Virus record (IMG/VR): IMGVR_UViG_3300042691_031247
DNA: 64,000 nucleotides
DNA from: a virus
Taxonomy: Duplodnaviria; Caudoviricetes
Direction: 5' to 3' (one strand)
In this document: piece after piece, positions 43,911-53,430 of the stretch
Layout: the number at the start of each line of letters is the position of its first letter
Numbering within the stretch: the first letter of the stretch is position 1
Translations under genes and position numbers: made by a program
Notes under the pieces: model-generated
Database searches by the model: none
Told to the model about the DNA's origin: nothing
The model's input: only the letters and a program-made list of their open reading frames with translations

Positions 43911-46634
43911 TTAGGATACGACTGTTATGGGCAAACCAGCGGTGGCACGCAGGTAATTGATATCAAAATAGTTTTTTGAGACTTTCGTGATCCTATAGAG
44001 ATCGCCGGGAAAGTCTACCGCAAAAATGACACCTGTGGGAGAGGCACCGTCGCCTTCGTCACCATATTCGACAAGCGGCGGGTGTTGCTGCGTGAAATTT
44101 AACACGTGGCTGTAAGACCCGTTATCGTGCAGCGCGATTTGATAGCTACCGAGATAGCCAGACGTCCCGTTTGGCGCAAAGACGCTCGCGCGATGAATCG
44201 CCGTATTGTTGACTAAATCAATTTCGTAAATTACGCCACGTGCGGCAGGCGAGTTTGCGCTATGGGGCCAGTAAGTCAACGCGCGGACGGCCGTAATTGC
44301 CGTACCAGTCGCTGTCGCCGTACCGCTCTCCGCAACGGTGTAGGTGAACGTGCTGGAGTTAACAACAGTGACCTGAAAAATACCATTAAACACCGCCTCG
44401 TTAGCGCCGACAACTTTAACGTACGACCCGGTTGTAAAGCCGTGCGCTGTCGCTGTACCGGTAACAGTCGTGCCATCTTGTACAAGTGCCGTTACAGTTT
44501 TTGGCGAGTTTGTGCTTCCCGGAAAGAAACCGGCTTGATTATCGAAAATCGCCACGACGGCATTTCCGGGCGTCAACGGATCTACATTCACAGCCCAGCG
44601 CGCATGATGTTGACCTTCTGGGCCGAGATACTGGTAACCCTCTAATTCGGGTTCGCCCTCAAGTGTCAACCATTTCGCGTTATCTAGTGTGTATTGGTTC
44701 GCGGTCTGTTGAATACCGCCCCACGGTTGCGATTCGCCTTGAATAACCCACTTGACATCTTTCGTAGCGCGATCGACGCACACAATAGCGGAGCACTGCC
44801 GACAACTCAGTAACATGTCGCCGGTCACAGGGTGAATGTCCACAGAATTCATGTGAAAGAAAGAGGCGTTGCGCGCAAGCGTCGTTTGATCGAAGCGGTC
44901 GCTCGTCCACCACTCCCAGCCGATAGTATTTTGGGGTGTTTGCTCTTGGATATACACGCCGTACGCTTTGTCGGTAAGAGCCTGCGAGCCGTTCGCGGGT
45001 TGTGCCACGAATGTGTTGTAAATAACATTTCCCCGCGCGCTTGGCGGACTTTTAACTTCTAAAAATTCGTGGTTGCCGAAGTTGTATTGATATGTATTGC
45101 CATTGCGTTGGGTCGGCAGAAAACTGAATTCTTTTGTTTCGATCGCGTCTTCGGTGAGCGTCATCGAGAAACGAGTGCCGGTACCGTTGCGGCTGACGCC
45201 AATCTTGTTGCGGTCATTGCCGTGTTGCGCTAAATGCGGTGTGCCGGCATTTTGCACATACCACACCGGAACGCCGTTTTCGTCGTACACAATGTTGTAG
45301 TTATTGACATTGATATCGCGGCGGCTCGTGGTGATGTAATACCCGGGCACGTAACCAGCTTGCGGCGCCGTGGTCACGGTACCCAACGGCATGTCAGACG
45401 GGAGCAAGCGAACGTAGTAATTCTCGGTGCCGTTGGTGATGCGAATTAGCTTGCCGACCACGCTGGCGCCCGGATACGCAACGCCGTTAATCGTCACTGT
45501 GTATGTGACAGCCGTCCCCGCAGATACAGAAGACGTCAGAATACCGTAGTCGCGAATCGCGGAATTAAACGCGGGGTATAATGTGTTTGTATTACCGGAG
45601 ATCGTCGCCGTAATTGTGTTGATGGCACCGGCGATATTCAGCGTCACAAACTCTTCGTAATTAATGTCAGCCGGCGGAATAGCTGGAATCACGTACGCGT
45701 TTGAACCGCCGCCATAAAGAGTTTGCACTTCGGCTGCGCTTAACGCACGGCTCCAGACGCCAAAGCAGTCAATATCAACAGCCACAACGTTTGACCACCC
45801 AAGCATAAACTTAGCCGCCGCGTCACTTGGCGCCGCGCCGCTGACACTAACCGCAACGGTCTGCGCGCCGTTTTCATATACGCGTAGATAGTTTTGCGCG
45901 GCGTCATACACAAACGCAACGTGACGCCACGCGGCGTACGGCAGCTCTGTAGCAGTCGCGGCCGTGACATTCGTCGTGCCGATTTTCGGCAACCACGTGA
46001 GTTTGCCGTCGGGCGCAAAGTAAATGCGCGCCTGATTTGCTGCGCCAAAGTTCGCCACGCTGAGTAGCGGATACTCACTTGCCGCCGCGCCAAGCAGTGT
46101 CCAGTGCGCCGGTTCTGGCATGTACCCAGCTGCGCCAATAAACGTGTGCATCCGCCACAGTTGCCCGCTAATCGCGACCATGTCACCCGGATTGTATGTA
46201 ATACCCTCGTTGTACGCGCCCTTGAAGCGCGTATCAGTTTTCACCCAAAACGCCAATGTTTTATGGCCAACAAACGCGTTATTAGCGTAATAAAAATTTC
46301 GCTTTGCTAGACGCAGCGCGCCGTCGAAGCCGGACACCGTTTGTTCCGAAAAACCCTCATACAGTGTGACATTATTACCTGACACGTCGTCAACACGCAT
46401 GCTGTTCTGATCAAACAACCAGAACGCCATTAAACCTTGGCGTAATTGATCGTACTGTAGCTCTCCGCCGTCAACACCGCCGGTTGTAGTAAGGTCGACC
46501 ACAGACCCGTCTGTTTTTTTCGTGAATAGCCGACCGTCGGTTGTGTTAATCGCTAGCTCACCTAGCGCTAAATCCGCCGGTGTGGGAACGGCGCCAGTTG
46601 CGCTGCTGCGCTTATGTTTAATGATATTTGCCAT
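43911..46634 (-). CDS. fibre-like protein: Mtd-N-like anchor, LamG, CBM-like insert and aryl-sulfotransferase-like beta-propeller
   Basis: MANIIKHKRS...LALGELAINTTDG; FFHMNSV, SCRQ, QHHARW; start reassigned to 46634. Confidence 0.8.
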   Translation of the reverse strand: MANIIKHKRSSATGAVPTPADLALGELAINTTDGRLFTKKTDGSVVDLTTTGGVDGGELQYDQLRQGLMAFWLFDQNSMRVDDVSGNNVTLYEGFSEQTVSGFDGALRLAKRNFYYANNAFVGHKTLAFWVKTDTRFKGAYNEGITYNPGDMVAISGQLWRMHTFIGAAGYMPEPAHWTLLGAAASEYPLLSVANFGAANQARIYFAPDGKLTWLPKIGTTNVTAATATELPYAAWRHVAFVYDAAQNYLRVYENGAQTVAVSVSGAAPSDAAAKFMLGWSNVVAVDIDCFGVWSRALSAAEVQTLYGGGSNAYVIPAIPPADINYEEFVTLNIAGAINTITATISGNTNTLYPAFNSAIRDYGILTSSVSAGTAVTYTVTINGVAYPGASVVGKLIRITNGTENYYVRLLPSDMPLGTVTTAPQAGYVPGYYITTSRRDINVNNYNIVYDENGVPVWYVQNAGTPHLAQHGNDRNKIGVSRNGTGTRFSMTLTEDAIETKEFSFLPTQRNGNTYQYNFGNHEFLEVKSPPSARGNVIYNTFVAQPANGSQALTDKAYGVYIQEQTPQNTIGWEWWTSDRFDQTTLARNASFFHMNSVDIHPVTGDMLLSCRQCSAIVCVDRATKDVKWVIQGESQPWGGIQQTANQYTLDNAKWLTLEGEPELEGYQYLGPEGQHHARWAVNVDPLTPGNAVVAIFDNQAGFFPGSTNSPKTVTALVQDGTTVTGTATAHGFTTGSYVKVVGANEAVFNGIFQVTVVNSSTFTYTVAESGTATATGTAITAVRALTYWPHSANSPAARGVIYEIDLVNNTAIHRASVFAPNGTSGYLGSYQIALHDNGSYSHVLNFTQQHPPLVEYGDEGDGASPTGVIFAVDFPGDLYRITKVSKNYFDINYLRATAGLPITVVS

Positions 46635-46644
46635 GTGCTGCTCG

Positions 46645-47490
46645 CTAGTATGCGCCGCCGTCGATAATAGAGTTGTTGTAAATAACGGTACCGCCGCCAC
46701 CAAAATTAATTGGGGCATCATCGGCGGCCGAAAAAGTCATCGTGTTAGATACGGTTAATGTTTTTGTCGCGGCAACAACTACGCCGGTTGCGTTTTCACC
46801 GGCAGGACCTTGCGGACCGGTCGGGCCTTGTGCGCCAGTTGCACCAATCGCCCCTGTTTGCCCGTCGTTCCCCGCTGGGCCCGCAGGGCCTTGTGGCCCA
46901 GTCGCACCTTCTACGCCGGCCGGACCTGTGCTGCCCTGCGGTCCGCGAATCGGGCCGACGTTGACCCAACTTGTGCCTGTCCAAACAACGCCGTCGCCGG
47001 GTAACGTGCCGACTGGCGCGTCGTTTGGCGCCGGATCGGCGATCAGCCACATATCACCTACATCTGGATTTTGCGCTGGCGGCCACGTAAGCGCCGTACC
47101 TTCAATCGTCACACCGGAACCGGCAGGACCTTGCGGGCCGGTGGCGCCAACAAGTCCTTGCGCACCAGTCGCGCCGGCGTCTCCAGCAGGTCCTTGCGGT
47201 CCCGTTGCCCCCTGTGCGCCAGCAGCGCCCTGTGCGCCGGGCTCGCCTTGAGGACCAGTAGCGCCCGTGTCGCCAGCAGGGCCTTGCGGGCCTGTAGCGC
47301 CGCGCGGGCCAGTCGGCCCTGTGGCGCCAGCTCCGCCCCCGCCACCGCCGTCTGTCAAACCGAGAATGGCCCCAATCGTTGTGCGCTTTGTCGCCAGATT
47401 GTTTGGGTTTTGCGTATCAACAATTGGGACAATGTCGTTCAGCGTTGGTGTTTGTTTTTCAGGTAACGCTGAAATACGTTTATTCGACAT
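46645..47490 (-). CDS. short collagen-like protein, paralog of 26923-29463
   Basis: shared MxxKRISxLP N-terminus and WPP..P..GD.W...WTG..W.N.G interruption; Gly-X-Y repeats. Confidence 0.88.
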   Translation of the reverse strand: MSNKRISALPEKQTPTLNDIVPIVDTQNPNNLATKRTTIGAILGLTDGGGGGGAGATGPTGPRGATGPQGPAGDTGATGPQGEPGAQGAAGAQGATGPQGPAGDAGATGAQGLVGATGPQGPAGSGVTIEGTALTWPPAQNPDVGDMWLIADPAPNDAPVGTLPGDGVVWTGTSWVNVGPIRGPQGSTGPAGVEGATGPQGPAGPAGNDGQTGAIGATGAQGPTGPQGPAGENATGVVVAATKTLTVSNTMTFSAADDAPINFGGGGTVIYNNSIIDGGAY

Positions 47491-47502
47491 TGTGCACCTG
47501 CG

Positions 47503-47832
47503 TCAGTAAGGGTCGTCGTCTTCTTCTGGCCGCTGGCGGTGCTTGCGTTTTTTCTCGTGCTTTACGCCTTCGAGATCATCTGCCGCGCGCACCAGCCATT
47601 TGGCTAGTTTGCGGGCATCGACAGGCGATAAAAGAGGTAGCTGTGCGCCAAAAACATCGATAACAATTCCTGCTTCGGTGTAGTTTTCAGCGTCCCATTC
47701 GCCAGCTTGAAACCGCGCGGTCGGCGTGTCTTCTTGCGATTTGGCCGCGTTTACGTTTCTAAATTCTATGTGATCGGGGTTGTTAACAACAACTGTGGCC
47801 ACGAAATTATTCCTCCTGAAGATCATCAACAA
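47503..47832 (-). CDS. hypothetical protein
   Basis: operon packing; start uncertain. Confidence 0.6.
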   Translation of the reverse strand: MLMIFRRNNFVATVVVNNPDHIEFRNVNAAKSQEDTPTARFQAGEWDAENYTEAGIVIDVFGAQLPLLSPVDARKLAKWLVRAADDLEGVKHEKKRKHRQRPEEDDDPY

Positions 47833-48079
47833 TTACAGGCGTCAAATCACCAGCGCGAACGGCCACAAATTTGCCGGCGTAATATTCGTCGGCATCTTCG
47901 CGAGAAAAACCATCCGATAAAAGTTTGGCATACATTTTTGCGCGACTGTACACAGCAACCGGTTCTTTGTCGGCGATGTACCCAACACCAATAAGCGCGG
48001 CGTCCATATTGTCAAACAATACGGCTTCGGGGTTCAGATCCGATAATTCGGCAAGAATGCGGTGTACTTGTGCTGTCAT
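47807..48079 (-). CDS. conserved phage hypothetical protein
   Basis: FDNMDAALIG.....VAVYS..KM...L...G...EDA.EY pattern. Confidence 0.75.
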   Translation of the reverse strand: MTAQVHRILAELSDLNPEAVLFDNMDAALIGVGYIADKEPVAVYSRAKMYAKLLSDGFSREDADEYYAGKFVAVRAGDLTPVIVDDLQEE

Positions 48080-48573
48080 TTCCTAACTCCGATCTGGAGA
48101 TCTTCTAGAAATAAGATAGCAATATCGCTCGCGCGGCGGTAGCCTTCGCGCACACCTTTTTGATATTCAGGGTGCCCCGGCGGCGTATTTTTTTCGGGCA
48201 TGTCGGCGATTGTGGCAAGAGCGGCCACAAACCGATTTTGTAACCGACGATATTCTGGCGAGTTTAATACCACTGATGTTTCAACCGCAGCGGCGGGCGC
48301 AGCTACTTCTGCCGCCACCATTGGTTTAAGCCCCATCTTTTGCATAGCCCGTGTAGCGCGCGTAAGTGAGTCAAAATCGCGAAATGTCTGCGCGGACTTC
48401 GGCACGTACTTTTGCGCCAGCTGATGTAGCGTTAAGCACAGGTGCGTCAACTCTTCTCTGGCAGTTTTTTGCTGCTGTTTGATTTCACGCCGGGCAGCCG
48501 TTTCCCGCGTAATACGAACAAACTTTTCGCGATCGGCTTTTTTCTGCGCAACTTCCGGCGACAAAACTAGCAT
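48076..48573 (-). CDS. hypothetical protein
   Basis: AAAGGA before MLVLSPEV; ATGA overlap downstream. Confidence 0.65.
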   Translation of the reverse strand: MLVLSPEVAQKKADREKFVRITRETAARREIKQQQKTAREELTHLCLTLHQLAQKYVPKSAQTFRDFDSLTRATRAMQKMGLKPMVAAEVAAPAAAVETSVVLNSPEYRRLQNRFVAALATIADMPEKNTPPGHPEYQKGVREGYRRASDIAILFLEDLQIGVRK

Positions 48574-48583
48574 GTGAATCCTT

Positions 48584-49213
48584 TCATGTATGCAGAGCTG
48601 TCTTACGCGAAACGGAAGAAAACAACCGATAAATTTCGGCGTGCGTTGCGTCGGCGGGCGAGTCAGCATTGATGTGATGCACAATGCTGGCGTGCGGTCT
48701 ATGCGCCGCGTGTGTCTTATACGCCGCACGCATCCTATGCTGATCCTCGATACACCGGCGCTCGTACCGGTCGGGTTGTGTGTGACCGACTGGGCGCCGC
48801 TTCCTGACGTTCTCCGGCGCTATGTCCATGAGAAACAGAATGTCGGGGCAAATATATGACGTCTCGCGAAAAATGTTAACGATCAGGTCAGTCGATATGT
48901 TATTTATTTCGCCCTGATACACAAGCGTCGACAACAACCACCGGTCACAAATAACTACCTGCTCTTGCGCGAGTAGTTCGCGAATATGCTCGGATAGCTC
49001 TGCGCGGGCGGCAGAGAAAAGCAGCATTTGCGCCGCGGGCGTAATAGGCGCGTCATTGTGCAAAAGGATTTGCCGAATAGCAGTACCAATGCGCGTTGTT
49101 CCCGGATCTGCTACCTGCGTTGCGGCTACGCCTTCTTTATGCAACCGCTGCAACAACATGCGCGCCTGCGTAGTTTTACCGGCGCCATCGATTCCTTCGA
49201 AACAAACGAACAC
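48584..49213 (-). CDS. tmk: thymidylate kinase
   Basis: FEGIDGAGKTTQ, LLFSAARA and ICDRW...YQG motifs. Confidence 0.93.
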   Translation of the reverse strand: MFVCFEGIDGAGKTTQARMLLQRLHKEGVAATQVADPGTTRIGTAIRQILLHNDAPITPAAQMLLFSAARAELSEHIRELLAQEQVVICDRWLLSTLVYQGEINNISTDLIVNIFRETSYICPDILFLMDIAPENVRKRRPVGHTQPDRYERRCIEDQHRMRAAYKTHAAHRPHASIVHHINADSPADATHAEIYRLFSSVSRKTALHT

Positions 49214-49227
49214 GAGGTTCCTTTCGC

Positions 49228-49542
49228 TTAGCGACCTGTGATCTGAAAACTGGGAGACTCGCCGGCAATTGGCTTGGTAATTTTGCTCTGACTACCTGTG
49301 ATTCCGACATCACCGGGAACAGCAATCACAAGCTCAGCAATTGGTTCAAATAACAATAACTCACGCCCGTCGGCAAACCGCAAAGCGAGCCCGTTTGGCG
49401 TATGCCCGACCCCGACAACGCTATTTGTGGCAAGCCATGTGGCCGCATACTCACAAAACGCTTTGAGCTGGTCGCTAACGAGTTCTGGTTTGTTAGACGT
49501 AAAATCAGCAAGGATGTTATTCAACACTTCGCTTGCGGGCAT
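49228..49542 (-). CDS. hypothetical protein
   Basis: GAGG RBS; operon packing. Confidence 0.65.
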   Translation of the reverse strand: MPASEVLNNILADFTSNKPELVSDQLKAFCEYAATWLATNSVVGVGHTPNGLALRFADGRELLLFEPIAELVIAVPGDVGITGSQSKITKPIAGESPSFQITGR

Positions 49543-50278
49543 ATCGAACCTCTCTTTTCTTTTTAACGGGCGCTGGTTTCGCTATTTCTGCTTCGGCTGA
49601 CTTGGCGCGTATCCCGGTTGTATGTTGTGCAACCATTTTGTCAAGTTTGGCTTTTTGACGACACTCTTTAATTGCCCGGCTGACGTCACTCAAAAGGTTA
49701 CGCGCGGCGTGAGAGAACAAGCGAAGCACATAAAACCGCTCGGCGGCGCGCAACGCTAATAGATCGCCGTCAAGCTGGGTAAGAATCTTCTTTGCTTTTG
49801 GCGCGGCCGCTGTGCCATTCGCCGCGACCAGCGCTAGCAAATCTTTAGCGGTACAAATAATGTCGGAAAGCACGATGATTTGCGCGCCTACCGGACTGCC
49901 GCTGACGCGACCACGAAACTCCATATCACGCTTTGTCTCGACCATGCGAAAATCGCGGCTGATGTCCGCAACCATGGCGGCCACCTGTACCGTCGAGATC
50001 TCAGCTATGTTCTCAAACGCGCAAGCACTTATGTTTAGAACATCGTGCAGCAGTGCGCCCTGAATAATCGCCGCAATACTGTCTTTCGTATCGTCGGGTA
50101 GATAATCGGCGCGGACGTCTTGATACAGTTTATGCGCAATTGTCTCCGCCTGTCGGGCTACCTGTTTGCTGTGCTCTACAAGACTAATTCCGGCGGTTGT
50201 ACGTAAATCTCGATAGTGCTGCTCGGCGAAAGCCAGTATTTGCCGTAACGGCACTACTGGGCTGTCAGATTTTTTCAT
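49517..50278 (-). CDS. HD-domain protein resembling a SpoT/Mesh1 hydrolase, degenerate
   Basis: LVEHSKQVA...ALLHDVL...VAAMVADIS...IIVLSD; lacks the ED motif. Confidence 0.6.
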   Translation of the reverse strand: MKKSDSPVVPLRQILAFAEQHYRDLRTTAGISLVEHSKQVARQAETIAHKLYQDVRADYLPDDTKDSIAAIIQGALLHDVLNISACAFENIAEISTVQVAAMVADISRDFRMVETKRDMEFRGRVSGSPVGAQIIVLSDIICTAKDLLALVAANGTAAAPKAKKILTQLDGDLLALRAAERFYVLRLFSHAARNLLSDVSRAIKECRQKAKLDKMVAQHTTGIRAKSAEAEIAKPAPVKKKREVRYARKRSVE

Positions 50279-50295
50279 GGCATCTCCATATGCCG

Positions 50296-51339
50296 TCACA
50301 CAAGTTTGAGCAGCGTTTGCCAGCCTAACTCAAACGATTTGCGGCGCGTTGATAAGTTGTAATTCACCCGGCGATTCAAGTTGTCGATGTGCATTGGTTC
50401 TGCAATAAGCGTTTGCAAGCCAGTGATCAACCGTTCATAGTCTGGCGCTGCGTGAGGAACGCCATTTTCGTCGTAGTCTACTCGTGTTTTTACAAGTACG
50501 CCATTCGCATCTTGATATACAAAGTCAATCTGCGGGGACAGCGCAAAAGACAACACCGGCGTCCCGCAATTAATCGACGTCAGGCTGCAAAAGCCGTAGT
50601 TGTCGCACTCAGCAGGGAAAAGCGTCAGGTCGTGCGCCGTGTACATGGCTGGGCGTTTTGCAAGCGGCGTGTTCCGCACGAGCTTGACGCGCCCGTTTGT
50701 TTTGCGCCCCAGTGTTTGAAAAAACTTGGCCACAGAGGGTGCAAACCGACACGACGTAATAGCGACTGTTAGCTGCGCGTCTGGCATGCGTTCGAGAAGG
50801 TAGCCCAGCAGCCCTAGAAATTGGCTGTTGGCGCAGCGGGCGTTGCGGTCGAACCACGGTAAAAATATCTTTACCTGCCGCCCGTTCGCCGGTTTCGTTT
50901 TCTTTGTCGCGGGCAAGCCAACGTCGAACGGGATGTACGTGACGTTCTTGAATTTATAGACCTTGGCGAACAGCTCGCGCGCCTCTGAATTCATCGCGAC
51001 AACATGATCAGCACGCTGCATCACCTTACGAAACGGCCTGATGAGTTCTTGCCACATGGGCACAATAATTGTCCGCACCTCAAAACGCCGCGTAAAATTT
51101 AGCGTATCAAGCTTGGGCGGCTGGGTGTAAATGATTGTGTGACATGTTTTTGCCCAGTGGGTAAACGGACATTTCTTTTTATGCACTACCGCGCGGTCGT
51201 GGTGCGTGCACAATTTGGCCGGCGTGGCGTCTGAGTAGATTGTGTACTCTACGCCCTGTGTGCGTAAAAAATCAGCAAGCCGCACAGCAAAGTACGCTTC
51301 GTCGCAGTGGGCGTAGTGTGTATAGATACCAATACGCAT
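50296..51339 (-). CDS. GT-B fold glycosyltransferase-like protein
   Basis: ADHVVAMN; HDLTLFPAECDNYGFCSLTSINCGTPVL. Confidence 0.7.
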   Translation of the reverse strand: MRIGIYTHYAHCDEAYFAVRLADFLRTQGVEYTIYSDATPAKLCTHHDRAVVHKKKCPFTHWAKTCHTIIYTQPPKLDTLNFTRRFEVRTIIVPMWQELIRPFRKVMQRADHVVAMNSEARELFAKVYKFKNVTYIPFDVGLPATKKTKPANGRQVKIFLPWFDRNARCANSQFLGLLGYLLERMPDAQLTVAITSCRFAPSVAKFFQTLGRKTNGRVKLVRNTPLAKRPAMYTAHDLTLFPAECDNYGFCSLTSINCGTPVLSFALSPQIDFVYQDANGVLVKTRVDYDENGVPHAAPDYERLITGLQTLIAEPMHIDNLNRRVNYNLSTRRKSFELGWQTLLKLV

Positions 51340-51342
51340 GGG

Positions 51343-53241
51343 TTATTGAGCTGGAGCGCCTTGGCCAAACTGCTGCGCCATAACCATCGCGCCGCCCTGA
51401 GAACGCGCCTGCTGCCGAATGTCGTCGATAATGCTGGTTACAAGCGCGTGCATCGTTGAATCCGAGCGCTTGAGTTTAATCAGCTCAGAATCCTTTAGAG
51501 ATTCAGGCATAGATAGTAATTGATTCGCAATAAGCTGCGCTTGTTGTTGCAGCTCTTCGGGCGTCCGCGGCACGTTCGGCGAGTTTTGCCGCTGCATAAG
51601 AAACTGATCGACGGGGCTGGGCGCCTGCCCCGGCATTGCGCCGGCGGGAGCTGGCGCTGGCGCGGCGCCGGCTTGCGGCATACCAGTCGCGCCGGCACCA
51701 GTGTTGCCGACACCTGCCATCATGTCGGGCGCCTGACTCATGTCCTTCATTTGCTGCGCTTGCTGCATCTCGGCCTGCATGCGCTCCTGCTCTTCCGCGT
51801 AGATCTTCTCTTCTTCGAGCATCTGTTTGATCTCGTCGCGGTAGTCCAGACCCACGCTCGACAGGCCAGTGCTCTTGCTGATCTGCTGCCCTTGCATGAG
51901 CTGGAGCTTGGCCATCTGCCTATTGAGATCGTCGGCATGCGTGACGCGCGTCAGCTTGGCGTTAACCGGCTCCCACGACATAACACGGGAAATAGACGAC
52001 ACAAGCTCGTTTAAGAACAAGTTCATGTTGTGCGGTAAGTGGCTCCAGTTCGCCTCAAATAGCCGCAGCGCTGCCGGGGCAGCCTGCAGGGTAAGCGTGC
52101 CGTTAAACAGCTCGACCGGCATGCCGATGCACTTCAGCAGCGTCTCTAGGCCCTGATCTAGCAAGTCTCGTGGTGCAAGTTGAGACGCGTCGCCGCCGAG
52201 TGCCTGATACTGCACCGGGAACGGAAGAATGTTCCAGCGGGCCGGGTCGGTGCGGCGAGCACGAATCATCGAATTTACACGCGCCGTAAAGCTTGACAGG
52301 TTAATCGTGTGAACAGGATCGGACGACTGCGCGTCGCCGCCGCGGGGCATCGGCGTGATCACGCGGAACGGGATAACATAATCGAGCGCCACGGCTTCGT
52401 TGTAGCGCTTGAGGATCTGGTAATACCAAGCCTCGCGAAAATTCGACAGCACGCGCGAAATACCCCAACCGCGATTTCGCATGCCAGAAAGTGCGTCTTC
52501 TTTCAAATGAAAAATCACACCCTTATCAAACATCAAATTCTGGCCGCTCTTGATCGCCTGAATAACTTCCCAGCTGGCGCGCTCAAGATGATGTAAATGT
52601 CCCTGTTTGATTAGCGTTCGATAGTCTTCTGGGATCTTCCAAACATATGAGCATTCGCCGGTGTACGGATCCCATAAGATATCAATTTCGTGCGGACTCC
52701 AGCGCTTGACCGTGATATGACTTGTATCGCCGCTGCGCCGATCCACGTGTTTCCACGCGCCGACATATTTGCATTTTGGGCAGCTGGCGTGAAACTGGAA
52801 GTTCTGCCACGAAAACGCGCACTGGTCTGAGTTCATTACCCGATCAAGCGGCATTTCAAGTCCGCATTTTGGGCAGAACAGATAGCGCCGAAAAGGTACC
52901 AGCAGGCTAGTAAATGAATTTCCGTAGGTCATGTAATCCATGCCTACAGAGTGCAATACGTTTTTAATGCTTAGCGTGTCGGCTAAAAACGTTTCGTATT
53001 TTTCTTTCTCTTCGCGGCCCGTCTTGTTTTCGCCGACGTCCCGAATTTCAACGTCAGTAATAAAATAGGATACGACGCGGTCAATGGCCTGCCTGTACGG
53101 GCCATTCGCGTTCATGATGTATTCCGTCCACCGAAGTGCCGTCTGGATGCTCTCAGGCATCGACAGGCTGGCTACGTCGCAAAACGGATCTGGAAAGCGC
53201 TCGTCGGCCTGTACGCCGCGGCCGAGCGAGTTATATCCCAT
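51343..53241 (-). CDS. putative portal protein with a Zn-ribbon insertion
   Basis: size, helical composition, Gln/Pro-rich tail and genomic context; CPKC x2; no diagnostic motif match, so the call is tentative. Confidence 0.45.
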   Translation of the reverse strand: MGYNSLGRGVQADERFPDPFCDVASLSMPESIQTALRWTEYIMNANGPYRQAIDRVVSYFITDVEIRDVGENKTGREEKEKYETFLADTLSIKNVLHSVGMDYMTYGNSFTSLLVPFRRYLFCPKCGLEMPLDRVMNSDQCAFSWQNFQFHASCPKCKYVGAWKHVDRRSGDTSHITVKRWSPHEIDILWDPYTGECSYVWKIPEDYRTLIKQGHLHHLERASWEVIQAIKSGQNLMFDKGVIFHLKEDALSGMRNRGWGISRVLSNFREAWYYQILKRYNEAVALDYVIPFRVITPMPRGGDAQSSDPVHTINLSSFTARVNSMIRARRTDPARWNILPFPVQYQALGGDASQLAPRDLLDQGLETLLKCIGMPVELFNGTLTLQAAPAALRLFEANWSHLPHNMNLFLNELVSSISRVMSWEPVNAKLTRVTHADDLNRQMAKLQLMQGQQISKSTGLSSVGLDYRDEIKQMLEEEKIYAEEQERMQAEMQQAQQMKDMSQAPDMMAGVGNTGAGATGMPQAGAAPAPAPAGAMPGQAPSPVDQFLMQRQNSPNVPRTPEELQQQAQLIANQLLSMPESLKDSELIKLKRSDSTMHALVTSIIDDIRQQARSQGGAMVMAQQFGQGAPAQ

Positions 53242-53277
53242 AGAAGCAGTTGGTTGGAGCGACACAGGCGCCTCGCG

Positions 53278-53427
53278 CTATTTAGACGTGTTATGCACAG
53301 TGTCCGCAGCTCTCTTGCGGAAATCACTATCAAGCGCCTGAACTTGCGCTTTCTTCTCTGTGGGCTGCGCCGCGTCTTCATGTTCCGGGGGCGTGACGCC
53401 GGCTTTTATCACTCCGCACTTTTCCAT
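53278..53427 (-). CDS. 49-aa protein (MEKCGVIKAGVTPP...EKKAQ...)
   Basis: translated by hand; GAGG upstream; fills the gap before the putative portal. Confidence 0.55.
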   Translation of the reverse strand: MEKCGVIKAGVTPPEHEDAAQPTEKKAQVQALDSDFRKRAADTVHNTSK

Positions 53428-53430
53428 GAT

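Noticed and set aside
30460-46634. Diversity-generating retroelement suggested by Mtd-N-like domains
   Set aside because: No reverse transcriptase and no TR/VR pair differing at adenines in this window; the domain is only a fibre anchor.
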